From Candidatus Jorgensenbacteria bacterium (GTDB lineage: Bacteria > Patescibacteriota > Minisyncoccia > UBA6257 > GWB1-50-10): 64,000 bases of DNA. The notes beneath the pieces were generated by a model. It was not told the DNA's origin. It saw only the letters and a program-made list of their open reading frames with translations, and made no database searches. The stretch lies in contig JAUSHK010000001.1 of NCBI GenBank assembly GCA_030648515.1, forward strand, positions 9,688-73,687. Reading direction: 5' to 3'. This document shows, in pieces, positions 9,430-19,153 of this stretch (positions are counted from its first letter, which is position 1; the number at the start of each line of letters is the position of its first letter). Position numbers and translations under genes: made by a program.

Positions 9430-11939
9430 ATGTACGAGTTAAGTGAAACGTAATCCTTTACGTAATCCGGCACTACCTCAATCCATTTATTGAGTTCTCG
9501 TAAATCAGATAGAGTAAGCTTTGGGTTCGTCGCAAGCCTGGGATATTCTCCTCTCTCAATAATATCGCGTATCTCATTATCGGTTATGTATGCTTTAAGA
9601 TAATTTTTGAGTGGCAAAACATATTTACTCTCAGGTTTATGGATTGCAATAAATTTCTCGAATTCTTCTTCCAAGAGCTCATCTTTAGACTTGAAGCGAA
9701 CAATTCCTCCAAGAATTTTCTCAATAAACTCCCGCAAACTTATACGACGGTCAGATTTTATTGCTTTCCTCAGTTTTTCTAGATTGAAGTAGTCCTCTGG
9801 TTTATCAAATATTTCACCACGAACGTAATCCTCAACAGTCTCCAAATCACCTTCTTCATACTTTTTTTGAATGAACGGATCATTCTTGACCGTTGATTCG
9901 AATTTCTCAAACAGCTTCCTATCAATCTTCATCCCCTCAAACCCAATAGTCTTTTCAGCGAAGGTTTTCAGCGGGTCTGGTTGGAAGACTGAAACTTCAT
10001 TAATGGGCACACCGTCCACGTCACCGCCTCCTGCTCCTGTAATCGCGGGCAATCGGATGATTTCGTCATAGTTGTACTTTTCCTCGAAATACTCACAGTT
10101 CGCGAAAAAGTCAAAAAGCTTGAACTTTTCTTTCTCTACCTTCGCTTCTTGAATGCTATCGGCATTCTTTTCTTTGTGCACGAAGGAATATCTGCGGGTG
10201 CCGCGCCCTTTAATTTGAATAAAATCTGTCGGCGAAAAGATCGGGCGCATCATGCAAAGATTCAGAATATCCTCGCAGTCGTATCCGGTGGTCATCATGC
10301 CTACGGTGACGCATACCCTCGTCTTGCTGGACTGGTACCCCTCCAAGAATCTTGTTTGCCCATTGAGATTGTTATTGGCAAAGCTTACCGTGAACTGCTG
10401 AGCATCCGGGATGTTTGATGTAATCTGTACTGCAAAATCGGAATTGTATTTTCCTGGATACAACAGGTCTACAAACTGGTTTAGAATCTGGGTAATTTTC
10501 GATGCATGTTTTTGACTCACACAAAATACGATGCTCTTGCCGATTTCTCCGGTAATCGGGTCTCGTAAGGCATTTTCGAAAAAGGTTTTGCAAAAAATCT
10601 GGTTGGTTTTATCCGAGAAAAACTTCTTCTCAAAGTCGGTGTAGAAAAAGATTTGCTCTTCTTCTCTGCCTTCTTCTGTTTCTACCATGAGAGCATAGCC
10701 CTTTTCCGAGAGAAGTTCAGTTGTGATCTCTGTTCTTGCGTCGGCCACAATTGGATTAATCAGATAACCGTCTTTTACTCCATCAAGGAGGCTGTAGTGG
10801 AACGTCGGCTCACCAGATTCGCAGCCAAATGTTTTATAGGTATCCAAAAGCTGCCTGCGTTCCCATGCTCTTGGGTCCCTGTCATTGAGTTTCTCAGGAT
10901 CAATGCCTTTCAGGTAATTTTTGGGAGTTGCGGTAAGTCCCAGCTTGAAGCCTACGAAATATTCAAAAACTGCACGACTGTTACCGCCGATAGAGCGGTG
11001 GGATTCATCGGAAATGAGGAGGTCGAAATCTGTTGGAGAGAAAAGATGTTGATACTTGTTATTGAAGGAGAGGCTTTGAACGGTAGAAACAACAATCTCC
11101 GCTTTGCGCCAATCATCACGATTTTCTTTGTAGATAACCGTCGTGTAATCCTCGGCGAGCCATTTTTTGAAATTCTTCCATGCTTGTTGTTCCAGTTCAA
11201 TCCGGTCAACCAGGAATAGAACTCTCTTTGCATTGCCCGTCTTGAGAAATAACTTGATTATGGCGGCTGAAACAAGCGTTTTACCCGTTCCGGTTGCCAT
11301 CTCAAAAAGGTAGCGGTCATGACCCTTGGCCGCCGATTCTTGGAGTGCGTGGATGGCGCGAAGCTGGTAGGGGCGGAGAAACTTCAAACCCTCCGTCTCA
11401 GCGAATTCCTTCCGTTCCGCCTCGCTCGCCCAACGGGGATCATTTTTATATTCCAGCTTCTGCGTGAGGACAATATAATCCTCTTCGATCTTCTCGCCTG
11501 CAAGCCGCTTGTGGTCAGGTTTAAACTGCTCAACATGCACAAGGGAGTCAGGAGTGGGAAAAGTTACAATGACCGCAGGATTGCCGTGTTCCAGATCCCA
11601 AAAGTAATGGAGGTTGCCATTGGAAAGAATGACAAAGCGGACATTTAGGGATTGAGCATAGCGCCGGGCTTGCTCTTTACCATCCAAAGGATTTTTGTCC
11701 TCAGATTTGGCTTCCAATACGGCATACGGAAATCCATTTTTGTCTAAGAGCAAAAAATCAACATACCCATTTTTTGTTTTTTCAAAATCATTTCCAAGGG
11801 CATCGATGTCCTTTTTAGTCAGCTTAACATTGCTTTCCAACGCGACATTCGCCTTGCCGTCTTCATCATCAAAAAACCTCCAGCCGGCTTTCTGGAGAAT
11901 GTTGTTGATTTTTATGCGAGCTCTGGCTTCTTTTTTCAT
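9426..11939 (-). CDS. hsdR: Type I restriction enzyme HsdR (endonuclease/helicase subunit)
   Basis: N-terminal PD-(D/E)xK nuclease (DFLLLD...AVLEAKSED). SF2 helicase motifs MATGTGKT, DESH and GLTATP. Confidence 0.85.
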   Translation of the reverse strand: MKKEARARIKINNILQKAGWRFFDDEDGKANVALESNVKLTKKDIDALGNDFEKTKNGYVDFLLLDKNGFPYAVLEAKSEDKNPLDGKEQARRYAQSLNVRFVILSNGNLHYFWDLEHGNPAVIVTFPTPDSLVHVEQFKPDHKRLAGEKIEEDYIVLTQKLEYKNDPRWASEAERKEFAETEGLKFLRPYQLRAIHALQESAAKGHDRYLFEMATGTGKTLVSAAIIKLFLKTGNAKRVLFLVDRIELEQQAWKNFKKWLAEDYTTVIYKENRDDWRKAEIVVSTVQSLSFNNKYQHLFSPTDFDLLISDESHRSIGGNSRAVFEYFVGFKLGLTATPKNYLKGIDPEKLNDRDPRAWERRQLLDTYKTFGCESGEPTFHYSLLDGVKDGYLINPIVADARTEITTELLSEKGYALMVETEEGREEEQIFFYTDFEKKFFSDKTNQIFCKTFFENALRDPITGEIGKSIVFCVSQKHASKITQILNQFVDLLYPGKYNSDFAVQITSNIPDAQQFTVSFANNNLNGQTRFLEGYQSSKTRVCVTVGMMTTGYDCEDILNLCMMRPIFSPTDFIQIKGRGTRRYSFVHKEKNADSIQEAKVEKEKFKLFDFFANCEYFEEKYNYDEIIRLPAITGAGGGDVDGVPINEVSVFQPDPLKTFAEKTIGFEGMKIDRKLFEKFESTVKNDPFIQKKYEEGDLETVEDYVRGEIFDKPEDYFNLEKLRKAIKSDRRISLREFIEKILGGIVRFKSKDELLEEEFEKFIAIHKPESKYVLPLKNYLKAYITDNEIRDIIERGEYPRLATNPKLTLSDLRELNKWIEVVPDYVKDYVSLNSYM

Positions 11940-12257
11940 AATAATACGGTGTAGCTTTTTGGGTTCAACTATGTCCGGTTAAGACTCTCTTCAAGGTATC
12001 CGTCAAGCTCAAATGTCAGTTTACACCGATAGTCCGCAATTATCAAAACACTTGGCATATCTTGAATTTGAGTGCCATGAACGGCACACGTAGGCAGAAA
12101 GATAATACTCACAAAAAATATAGAAATTGTTTTTGAATGTACGCAATAGAATCCTATAAGTAAAGCAAAAAATAAGGGTTAGACTTTAAAAATCAAGATA
12201 TAAAAATGGAAGCACTAATAATTGGATATCTGAACAATCTATTCGCGATGCACGAAA

Positions 12258-12298
12258 AGAAAAGGGTTGCTGATGTGCTTGCGATCAGCAACCCTTTC
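12258..12298. terminator. Bidirectional hairpin terminator
   Basis: AAAGGGTTGCTGAT...ATCAGCAACCCTTT, a perfect 14-bp stem. Confidence 0.5.
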
Positions 12299-12318
12299 GC
12301 ATGTTTAGGACCTCAACT

Positions 12319-13962
12319 CTAAAGCATGTTGATCAAACGTTTGGCTTCTTGCGTTGCGTTTGCCGCATACGCTTCAAAACTTTGCTGTCGCGCGAGTTTT
12401 CCATTGGAAAGAACGTAGATATCTGTGGCATGGAATTTTTCAAGAAAATACCGGTCGTGCGACACAAGAATGATAGTGCCCTCATAATGCGCAACCGCTT
12501 CTTCAAGAGCTTCAAGTGCCTCAAGATCGAGATGGTTTGTTGGCTCATCCAGCAAGAGCACGTTTGCCGAGAGTGCCGAGAAAAATGCAAACAGAAGCCT
12601 TGCCCTTCCACCTGGCGAGAGTGCGCCGATTTCTTTCTCAATTTCGGATGCCTTGAAACCGTATTTTACAGCCAAAGCATAAGCGTCCTGATTGGAAAGG
12701 CCCGCACGCTTTCTGAGAAAGTCCATTAAGGTTTGCGATCGAGGTAAGTTATCATGTTCCTGCATGAGATTACCCACAACGAGTGAGTTCCCTACTTCAA
12801 CTTGGCCACTGAGGGCTTCCAGTTCACCGTTGATGGCTTTGAGCAACGTTGATTTTCCGGAACCGTTTAATCCGAGGATAACAATCCGGCTACCGTAGGG
12901 AATTGCAAGAGATATCGGCCCAATTTGGAATCCGTCATCGGCATATCCAGCCACTACATCCTTAAGAACAATCTCACGGGACCCTTGAGGTTTTGTTGGT
13001 TGAATTTGGATACGAAACGCATCCCGCTCAATCGGCTTTTCCACAATCTCTATCTGCTCAATGCGCTTCTCGATAGCTTTAGCTACCTTTCCGGATTTTG
13101 ACGACTGGTCACGCTTGAATCCGCGAAGAAACTTGTCGTTGTCTGTCCCTTGGAAATGCGATCCCCGCATGGCAGCCGCCTTCTTATCTCTCACCGTCTC
13201 CGTGAGCCTTTTAATTTCTTCTTGTTGAGCTTCGTACTCTGCTCGTTGCCGTGCGCGTTCTTTTTCTTTTCTCACCAGATAATCGGAATACCTGCCGTTC
13301 GTAATGGTGAGTGTCCGCGTACGCCAGTCAATTTCAAATATTTTCCTTACCACCCGATTAAGAAAAAGCCTGTCGTGCGAAACAACGATACAAGCGGAAT
13401 CGGACTGCATAAGGAAGTCTTCCAGCCAGATGAGTGCGGGCAGATCGAGATTGTTCGTCGGTTCATCGAGAAGCAGAACATCGGGATCAGAAAGCAGTAC
13501 TCCTGCCATGAATACCTTGCTTTTTTGACCTGAGGAAAGGGCATTGATTTGTCCATTGCTTGATGCTCCGTGCAGGCCGAAGCCGGCAAGTGTTGCCTCC
13601 ATGCGGTGATCAAAGGCATAGCCATTCCTGCGTTCATACTCCGCCACCGCTTCCGGCGAATGTTCAAGACGTTCTTCAAGTACCCTGATGCCCGACACGC
13701 GCCGCAGGTATGCGCAAATCGTTTCATTGCTAACAAGACTCGTGTCTTGCGGCATATAGCCGATAACTGCGTTCTTCTTCACCGTAACCGACCCGCCGTC
13801 CGGCTCAACAATCCCCGCTAAAATCTTGAGAAGTGTGGACTTGCCGGCACCGTTATTGCCAACCAAACCCACTTTCTGGCCTTTCTCCAATGAAAAAGAA
13901 ACGTCCTCAAGGACGGTGATCGTGCCATACATTTTATGGATGTGTTCAGCTTTCAGTTCCAT
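12319..13962 (-). CDS. ABC-F family ATPase (two ABC domains, EttA/Uup-like translation factor)
   Basis: Two Walker A motifs (GNNGAGKST, GLNGSGKST), signature motifs and two LLLDEPTN Walker B motifs. The track ORF starts at 14091. An AAGGAGG RBS lies 8 nt upstream of the internal ATG at 13960-13962 (MELKAEH...), which is taken as the true start. Confidence 0.85.
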   Translation of the reverse strand: MELKAEHIHKMYGTITVLEDVSFSLEKGQKVGLVGNNGAGKSTLLKILAGIVEPDGGSVTVKKNAVIGYMPQDTSLVSNETICAYLRRVSGIRVLEERLEHSPEAVAEYERRNGYAFDHRMEATLAGFGLHGASSNGQINALSSGQKSKVFMAGVLLSDPDVLLLDEPTNNLDLPALIWLEDFLMQSDSACIVVSHDRLFLNRVVRKIFEIDWRTRTLTITNGRYSDYLVRKEKERARQRAEYEAQQEEIKRLTETVRDKKAAAMRGSHFQGTDNDKFLRGFKRDQSSKSGKVAKAIEKRIEQIEIVEKPIERDAFRIQIQPTKPQGSREIVLKDVVAGYADDGFQIGPISLAIPYGSRIVILGLNGSGKSTLLKAINGELEALSGQVEVGNSLVVGNLMQEHDNLPRSQTLMDFLRKRAGLSNQDAYALAVKYGFKASEIEKEIGALSPGGRARLLFAFFSALSANVLLLDEPTNHLDLEALEALEEAVAHYEGTIILVSHDRYFLEKFHATDIYVLSNGKLARQQSFEAYAANATQEAKRLINML

Positions 13963-14133
13963 AGATAATTCCTCCTTATTGTATCCCGGATTTCTCATCC
14001 AGGAAACGTTGTTAATGTGCCGTCTCCCGATATCTGAAATACCAGGACCAGTCTCATTTTTACCAATATCCGCCGCCATTGTCAATGGCATAAAAAAGCA
14101 ACCCCCTTCATTCCAAAGAACGAGGGGGGTAGG

Positions 14134-14830
14134 TTACATACCACTTTTGATTGTTGATTTGTAATACTCTGTGAAATGATCTGACGCACAACTGCACTTT
14201 TTTATTTCCTGGGCTGCTGCTGAAAGTTTTTCGAGAAGGTTTACTGTTTTTCCCGTGTTGCTGCGGAATATCTCAAGCACACTCTTCATCGATTCCGGTT
14301 GCATTGAGATTGTGCTTGGCACACCGACGTCGTAATCGGTCACGGTGGCAATAGCTCCGTAACAGATACCAAGCTCACGGGCAAAGTAGCACTCCGGGTA
14401 CTGCGTCATGTTGACGATATCCCCGCCCACATAAGCATACATTTTGCTCTCGGCAATAGTTGAGAACCTTGGGCCTTGAATGACAACTACGGTGCCGTGA
14501 GCTTGGCATGGCATCTTCATCATTCCAAGTTCACGGGCAATTATGCTTCGCACATGTTCGCAGTAGGGCCTTGCCATCGGCAGGTGGATGAGCTGGCGGT
14601 CAATATCAAAACTGTCATCTCTTCCCCATGTGAGATTGATGAATTGGTCCGGAATCACGAATGTACCCGGTTCAATCTCTTTCCGAAGGCTGCCCACAAC
14701 ACACGTTCCGATGACGTGCCGCACTCCAAGCGACTTCAGTGCGGCAAGATTCGCTTTGTATGGCACCTTATGTGGCGGGTGAAGGTGGCAACCGCCGAAT
14801 ACTATATCCGGCAGCTTTCGGAAAACGTGC
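14134..14830 (-). pseudogene. mtnP: 5'-truncated S-methyl-5'-thioadenosine / purine nucleoside phosphorylase gene
   Basis: The product aligns to MTAP/PNP family 2 from about residue 68 of human MTAP onward (HVIGTCVVGSLR...IPDQFI...GPRFST.AES...GGDIVNMT...ELGICY...ATVTDYD). The ~65 N-terminal residues, including the phosphate-binding GxxGGSG loop, are absent. The reading frame dissolves at ~14790-14830, exactly where the recombinase remnant begins. Confidence 0.55.
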
Positions 14831-15936
14831 GAAAGGGACTCAAAGAGAAGCTTGCACAGGGATGGCTCCCCACAAGACCGCCGCTAGGTTATATGACTAT
14901 TGGCGAGAGTGGGCACAAGGTGCACGTCATTGATCCCGTAAAAGCTCCGCTTGTGCGGAAAATGTTTGAATTCTATGCAACGGGTGAGTATTCTCTCAAA
15001 AAACTAATGGACGTGATGTATAAAAACGGATTGCGTGCCCGCAGCGGCAAGATGGTTGTGAAATCAAGAGTGGCAACCCTTTTGAGCGACCCCTTCTATA
15101 TTGGCAAAATTCGGTACAATGGTTCCGTCCACCCCGGATCGCATGAATCGCTCATTTCAAAAGAACTATATGAGAGCGTGCAGCGAAGACTTCTTGGCAA
15201 AGCGATTCCCCGATTCAGAAAACATTTTCCGTTATTCAAATCGTTGATTCGGTGCGCCATTTGCTCTGGTCTGATAACCTGGGAGGTGAAGAAAGGACAT
15301 TGGTACGGGCATTGCAACGGGTACAGGGCTTGTACCGCGCGAAAGTATGTAAGACAGGAATCCATTGAGCAACAACTGATACCCTATTTTGATAAAATTG
15401 TGATTAGAAGCGAACGCTTGGTTAATTGGATTAAGCAGGGATTGAAGGAGAGTCATCATGACCGAATCGCCTATAGCTCGAGTGCGAGGGATGAGCTTGG
15501 CAAACGTTATGAGGCAACGCAGAAGCGATTGGATATGCTCTACGACGACAAACTGGATGGTAAGATATCAGAAGATTTCTACCAAAGGAAATTGGCCCAA
15601 TACACAGCCGAAAAAGAAGAAATCTTGAGTGGGCTCAAACGCCATGACGCTGCCAATACTAGCTATTATGAACTCGGAGCGTGCATCCTTGATCTTGCCT
15701 ATAGAGCAAGAGCCATGTTTACAGACCCAAATCGCGCCACCGTGGATCGTAGGGCGCTACTGAACGTTATTTTTTCGAACCTGACGCTTAAGGACGATAA
15801 ACTCAACGTTTTTTACACCAAAGCGTTCGAAATAGTGTCGGAAGTGGTTCCGCTGTGGAATGAGAAATTCGAACCTTCAGAAACCCGCGCCATTAAAGGG
15901 GAAAATGCAATTTTAGGTACCGCGCGTCCTGTTATG
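14770..15936 (+). pseudogene. Large serine recombinase remnant lacking the N-terminal catalytic domain
   Basis: The ORF 14476-15996 shows serine-recombinase homology only from ~14775, starting within the E-helix (ATAEYYIRQLSENVRKGLKEKLAQGW). It continues through the recombinase domain, a zinc ribbon (CAICSG...CNGYRAC) and a coiled coil. The first ~100 codons of the track ORF are antisense to mtnP and are not coding. The catalytic Ser region is absent. The 3' end reads through into tRNA-Gln. Confidence 0.6.
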
Positions 15937-16008
15937 CTGGGAGACCAGGATTCGAACCTGAATTCACGGCTTCAAAGGCCGCTGTCCTACCATTAGACGA
16001 TCTCCCAA
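15937..16008 (-). tRNA. tRNA-Gln(UUG)
   Basis: Manual fold: U1:A72 acceptor stem (TGGGAGA/TCTCCCA), G73 discriminator, D-stem GTCT/GGAC, anticodon loop CUUUGAA, T-arm TCAGG-TTCGAAT-CCTGG. U1:A72 with G73 matches the E. coli tRNA-Gln identity elements. Confidence 0.8.
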
Positions 16009-16068
16009 TTTTGAGCAATTTTACCACGAAATTTTTATTTTGGCTACTTAAAAGAGTATAATAAACTC

Positions 16069-16209
16069 ATGAGAAATAAAAACTGGTATCTCGGGTTTTT
16101 GGGTTTCTTGGGGTTCTGGGGAATCAGCGCGCTTTTCGCGCAGGACTGGCCCAACGCGGTTTGGATTATCTGGTTTGTCTGGTTTATTTATTTCTTCCGC
16201 CGCAAATAA
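16069..16209 (+). CDS. Small hydrophobic peptide (46 aa, MRNKNWYLGFLGFLGFWGISALFAQDWPNAVWIIWFVWFIYFFRRK)
   Basis: Below the ORF-track cutoff. Followed directly by a hairpin terminator. Speculative. Confidence 0.3.
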   Translation: MRNKNWYLGFLGFLGFWGISALFAQDWPNAVWIIWFVWFIYFFRRK

Positions 16210-16246
16210 AAAAGCCGCACTCGAATTAAATGAGTACGGCTTTTAA
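16209..16246. terminator. Bidirectional terminator between convergent genes
   Basis: AGCCGCACTC...GAGTACGGCT stem flanked by A/T runs. Confidence 0.45.
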
Positions 16247-16260
16247 ATATTTAGCGAGGA

Positions 16261-16956
16261 CTAAGTAGTTCTCTGTTCTCGCGCCCAACCGCGTGAAGGC
16301 AAATAATACATAGTTAAATTTACTCCTATTAATAAAAACGCGAGCGGATTGAATACGGCAAGCGGCCAGTTTCCGATGCAAAGAGCGATTATAAACCACA
16401 CCGCATTTGTTGCCATAAAAGAGACCAGAAACCTTGGCTCAAGCGCGATAGGTTTATCAGCCCTGCCGGAACGTCTTAACTTAACATAGGACCATGTGTC
16501 AAGGGTTTGCTTTACAAGGGTGGCAAGAATCCCTAGAAGGCAAATCATAAGGAAAACTTCCTGCGGTTCTCCGTCTAAAATAAAAAACGCGGGGACCATA
16601 GTAGAAAACGCACCGAGTAAAATCCATTCATTTCTTGTAAATCCCTTGAACTTCAGAAGGCCGGCGAGAATTGGAATATGAACAAATCCGAGTACTCCAT
16701 TAAAAACCATTGCAATACTCCATTTTTCAGCGCCGTAAACCAGAAAAGCGAGAAAATAGAACGTCGCGTAACTGAAAAATGTCACAGATATCGATTCTCC
16801 CGAACGCTCGCGCCAAATTCGCCTACCCTGCATTAAAACACCATACCCCTGAAGAACCGTAAAAATAACAGTTGCAACCGCGCTGATAAACAACTCGTTA
16901 AAACCGAAATTTTGGTACTCCAGTGTTTTCCTAAGAATCTCAAGAAACCATTCCAT
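16261..16956 (-). CDS. Polytopic membrane protein (about 7 TM, function unknown)
   Basis: Hydrophobic segments throughout. No confident family assignment. Confidence 0.5.
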   Translation of the reverse strand: MEWFLEILRKTLEYQNFGFNELFISAVATVIFTVLQGYGVLMQGRRIWRERSGESISVTFFSYATFYFLAFLVYGAEKWSIAMVFNGVLGFVHIPILAGLLKFKGFTRNEWILLGAFSTMVPAFFILDGEPQEVFLMICLLGILATLVKQTLDTWSYVKLRRSGRADKPIALEPRFLVSFMATNAVWFIIALCIGNWPLAVFNPLAFLLIGVNLTMYYLPSRGWAREQRTT

Positions 16957-17056
16957 CTAACACCTCCATCCATATTTAAATGACAAATAACCTAATTTTT
17001 ATCTAATTAGATTATATATCGCTTTTTAAATTATGTCAACTAAAACACCGCAACAA

Positions 17057-17827
17057 CTAAACCACTTCTTCGTCGTCTTTGAGCGTCCTAAGCGCTTCTT
17101 TCACGGTCGTCATAAACTGCGCGGGGAAAATAATCGTGGAGTTCTTTTCCGTGGCAATTTCCGCCATGGTTTGGAGCGTGCGAAGCTGGAGAGCAACTGG
17201 ATGAGTGGCAATAATGTCAGCCGCTTGCCCCAGCTTTTCAGCCGCCTGAAATTCGCCCTGCGCGGCGACAATCTTCGCTCTTCGTTCGCGCTCGGCCTCT
17301 GCCTCCTTTGCCATAGCCCGCTGCATATTATCAGGAAGAGTAACGTCCTTGATTTCAACGGCAGTAACCTGAATACCCCACGGCTCTGTGTGGACATCTA
17401 TCACGTTTTTTATTTTTTCATTAATATCGATTGTCTGCGACAAAAACTGGTCAAGCATAAACTGACCCACGACGTTTCTCACGGTCGTCTGGCTTATCTG
17501 ATTCACTGCATCGTAGACATTTTCAATCGCGACCACGGACTTCTGAGGATCCACAATGTGATAGTACGCAACCGCCGCTATGTCTATTGAAACATTGTCC
17601 TTGGTGATAATTTTTTGCGACGGAATATTCATTGTAATGGTACGAAGCCCGACCCGCACCATTCTCTCAATAATTGGAATAACGTAGATGAGACCAGGCC
17701 CGCGTGCTCCGACGAGGCGTCCGAGGCGGAAAATGACCCCGCGCTGGTATTCCGTCACAACCCGTATCCCGGAAAGCAAAAAGAGAACGATTATGGCGAT
17801 AAAAATATTCATGGCGTTATAGTACAA
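17057..17827 (-). CDS. SPFH/band-7 (stomatin/prohibitin-like) membrane protein
   Basis: N-terminal TM followed by an SPFH domain ([10 protein letters not shown]...[11 protein letters not shown]...) and a C-terminal AEAERE-rich coiled coil. Confidence 0.85.
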   Translation of the reverse strand: MYYNAMNIFIAIIVLFLLSGIRVVTEYQRGVIFRLGRLVGARGPGLIYVIPIIERMVRVGLRTITMNIPSQKIITKDNVSIDIAAVAYYHIVDPQKSVVAIENVYDAVNQISQTTVRNVVGQFMLDQFLSQTIDINEKIKNVIDVHTEPWGIQVTAVEIKDVTLPDNMQRAMAKEAEAERERRAKIVAAQGEFQAAEKLGQAADIIATHPVALQLRTLQTMAEIATEKNSTIIFPAQFMTTVKEALRTLKDDEEVV

Positions 17828-17970
17828 CTATCATTGGGTTTTAACAATAGGGGCCCTAATCTAGAACACTGCCTGTCAACGCCACTTATTTGCACTGGAA
17901 AAAATAATCAAATAAGCTATACTGACTCCATTCGCCTATTACGGCAAAAAGGTCTATAAATATACCATAT

Positions 17971-18396
17971 ATGAAAAAAATTATCGTCGTCCTTATCGCA
18001 TTTCTCATAGTCGCGTTTGTGTTTGTAACTATGGCAACCCGCGTCGCAACGCAGAACGCGGAAAACGAAGTGCCCACTATCAATGTAAAAGCATCGTCGC
18101 TTGAAACGACGGTGAACGGACAGTTTATCGTGCAACTGGATTCAAACCCGACAACGGGCTTTTCGTGGGGCACTTCATACGACAAAGACGCGCTTGAGCT
18201 TGTCGCATCAACTTTCATTCCCCCGTCTGACACGAAACTCCTCGGTTCGGGAGGTATGGACACCTTTACATTTAAGGCGCTCAAAGCAGGAGAAACAAAA
18301 CTCAAATTCTCCTATCTCCGCGCATGGGAAAGCGTGCAGCCGCAAGAAGTAAAAGAGTACACGGTCAGTGTTAAAGAAGCTTCGGCTAAAAACTAG
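17971..18396 (+). CDS. Secreted chagasin-family (I42) cysteine-peptidase inhibitor
   Basis: Signal peptide plus the chagasin signature NPTTGFSW. Confidence 0.7.
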   Translation: MKKIIVVLIAFLIVAFVFVTMATRVATQNAENEVPTINVKASSLETTVNGQFIVQLDSNPTTGFSWGTSYDKDALELVASTFIPPSDTKLLGSGGMDTFTFKALKAGETKLKFSYLRAWESVQPQEVKEYTVSVKEASAKN

Positions 18397-18425
18397 GTTC
18401 GGTTCTCATTGCCACGGAATTAAAA

Positions 18426-18455
18426 AACAGGGGCCGATAAGCTCCTGTTTTTATG
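18426..18455 (+). terminator. Hairpin terminator after the chagasin-like gene
   Basis: AACAGG...CCTGTTTTTAT. Confidence 0.45.
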
Positions 18456-18473
18456 TTTTTATATTCCATTACC

Positions 18474-18815
18474 CTATCTTTTTGGATTCGTGGATTTAGG
18501 CAGTGTTGCCTTGATAGTAGTGATGAAACCGCCCTCGATTCTTTTCTCTTTGTATTCTCTTACAAGAAAGCTCGACAGCGTCCTATCGGAAATTGTTGAA
18601 GAGTCCAAAAACTCTAAAAGTTTTTTTATCGCGTTTGTTCTCGCAAAATCTCTTGCTTCGCTAATCGTATTCCCTTCTCCGTGCCCAGAAACAACCCAAT
18701 ACTCGACGCCGCTGATATTTTCCAAATTAACACGGGAATAATCCGTGGACATTTTACTTGAAGCACAGCTTGAAATCATCAGCCCAAACAATACAACAAT
18801 AATCAAATTCTTCAT
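18474..18815 (-). CDS. Lipoprotein (lipobox LMISSC), function unknown
   Basis: Signal peptide with cysteine lipobox. Confidence 0.5.
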   Translation of the reverse strand: MKNLIIVVLFGLMISSCASSKMSTDYSRVNLENISGVEYWVVSGHGEGNTISEARDFARTNAIKKLLEFLDSSTISDRTLSSFLVREYKEKRIEGGFITTIKATLPKSTNPKR

Positions 18816-18838
18816 TGCTTACCTCCATCCGATTGTTT

Positions 18839-19039
18839 TTAGGTTTTTACATTTTCCGTAAGATTGCTCTTTTTTGCTAATGCCTCTGTCCTTCCTTTTT
18901 CCATTATCTCACGCGCCATTTGGTTCCGTTCCTCAGGACTTTTCTCAAAACATTCATCACACATTCCGTGCGTGATTCCTTCCTTTTTGGGCTCAGTCTC
19001 GCCTAAATCCTTCTCACAAAATGAACATACCCTTTTCAT
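18839..19039 (-). CDS. Small CxxC...CxxC zinc-ribbon protein
   Basis: CSFCEK ... CDEC. Confidence 0.45.
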   Translation of the reverse strand: MKRVCSFCEKDLGETEPKKEGITHGMCDECFEKSPEERNQMAREIMEKGRTEALAKKSNLTENVKT

Positions 19040-19153
19040 ATTAAACCCCGCGTTTTAAATTTTTAATAAAACTATCAGTTTTAACTGGCGCAAGTATATC
19101 ACATAAAAACACCCCTGTCAATGCAGGAATGCGCGACGGAAAATCCGTAAACA

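Noticed and set aside
9607-11648. Several 60-190-aa plus-strand ORFs (e.g. 10653-11219) inside hsdR, and similar antisense ORFs inside other large genes (4070-4976, 6465-6725, 42076-42993, 60317-61007 and others)
   Set aside because: They are antisense to strongly supported long genes, with no independent signals.
14476-14770. N-terminal ~100 codons of the 506-aa plus-strand ORF (MNDNYGAVSLAWHLHHSKF...)
   Set aside because: This stretch is antisense to well-conserved MTAP/PNP coding sequence and has no recombinase homology. The real recombinase similarity starts at about 14775, so the long ORF is an artefact of an open antisense frame.
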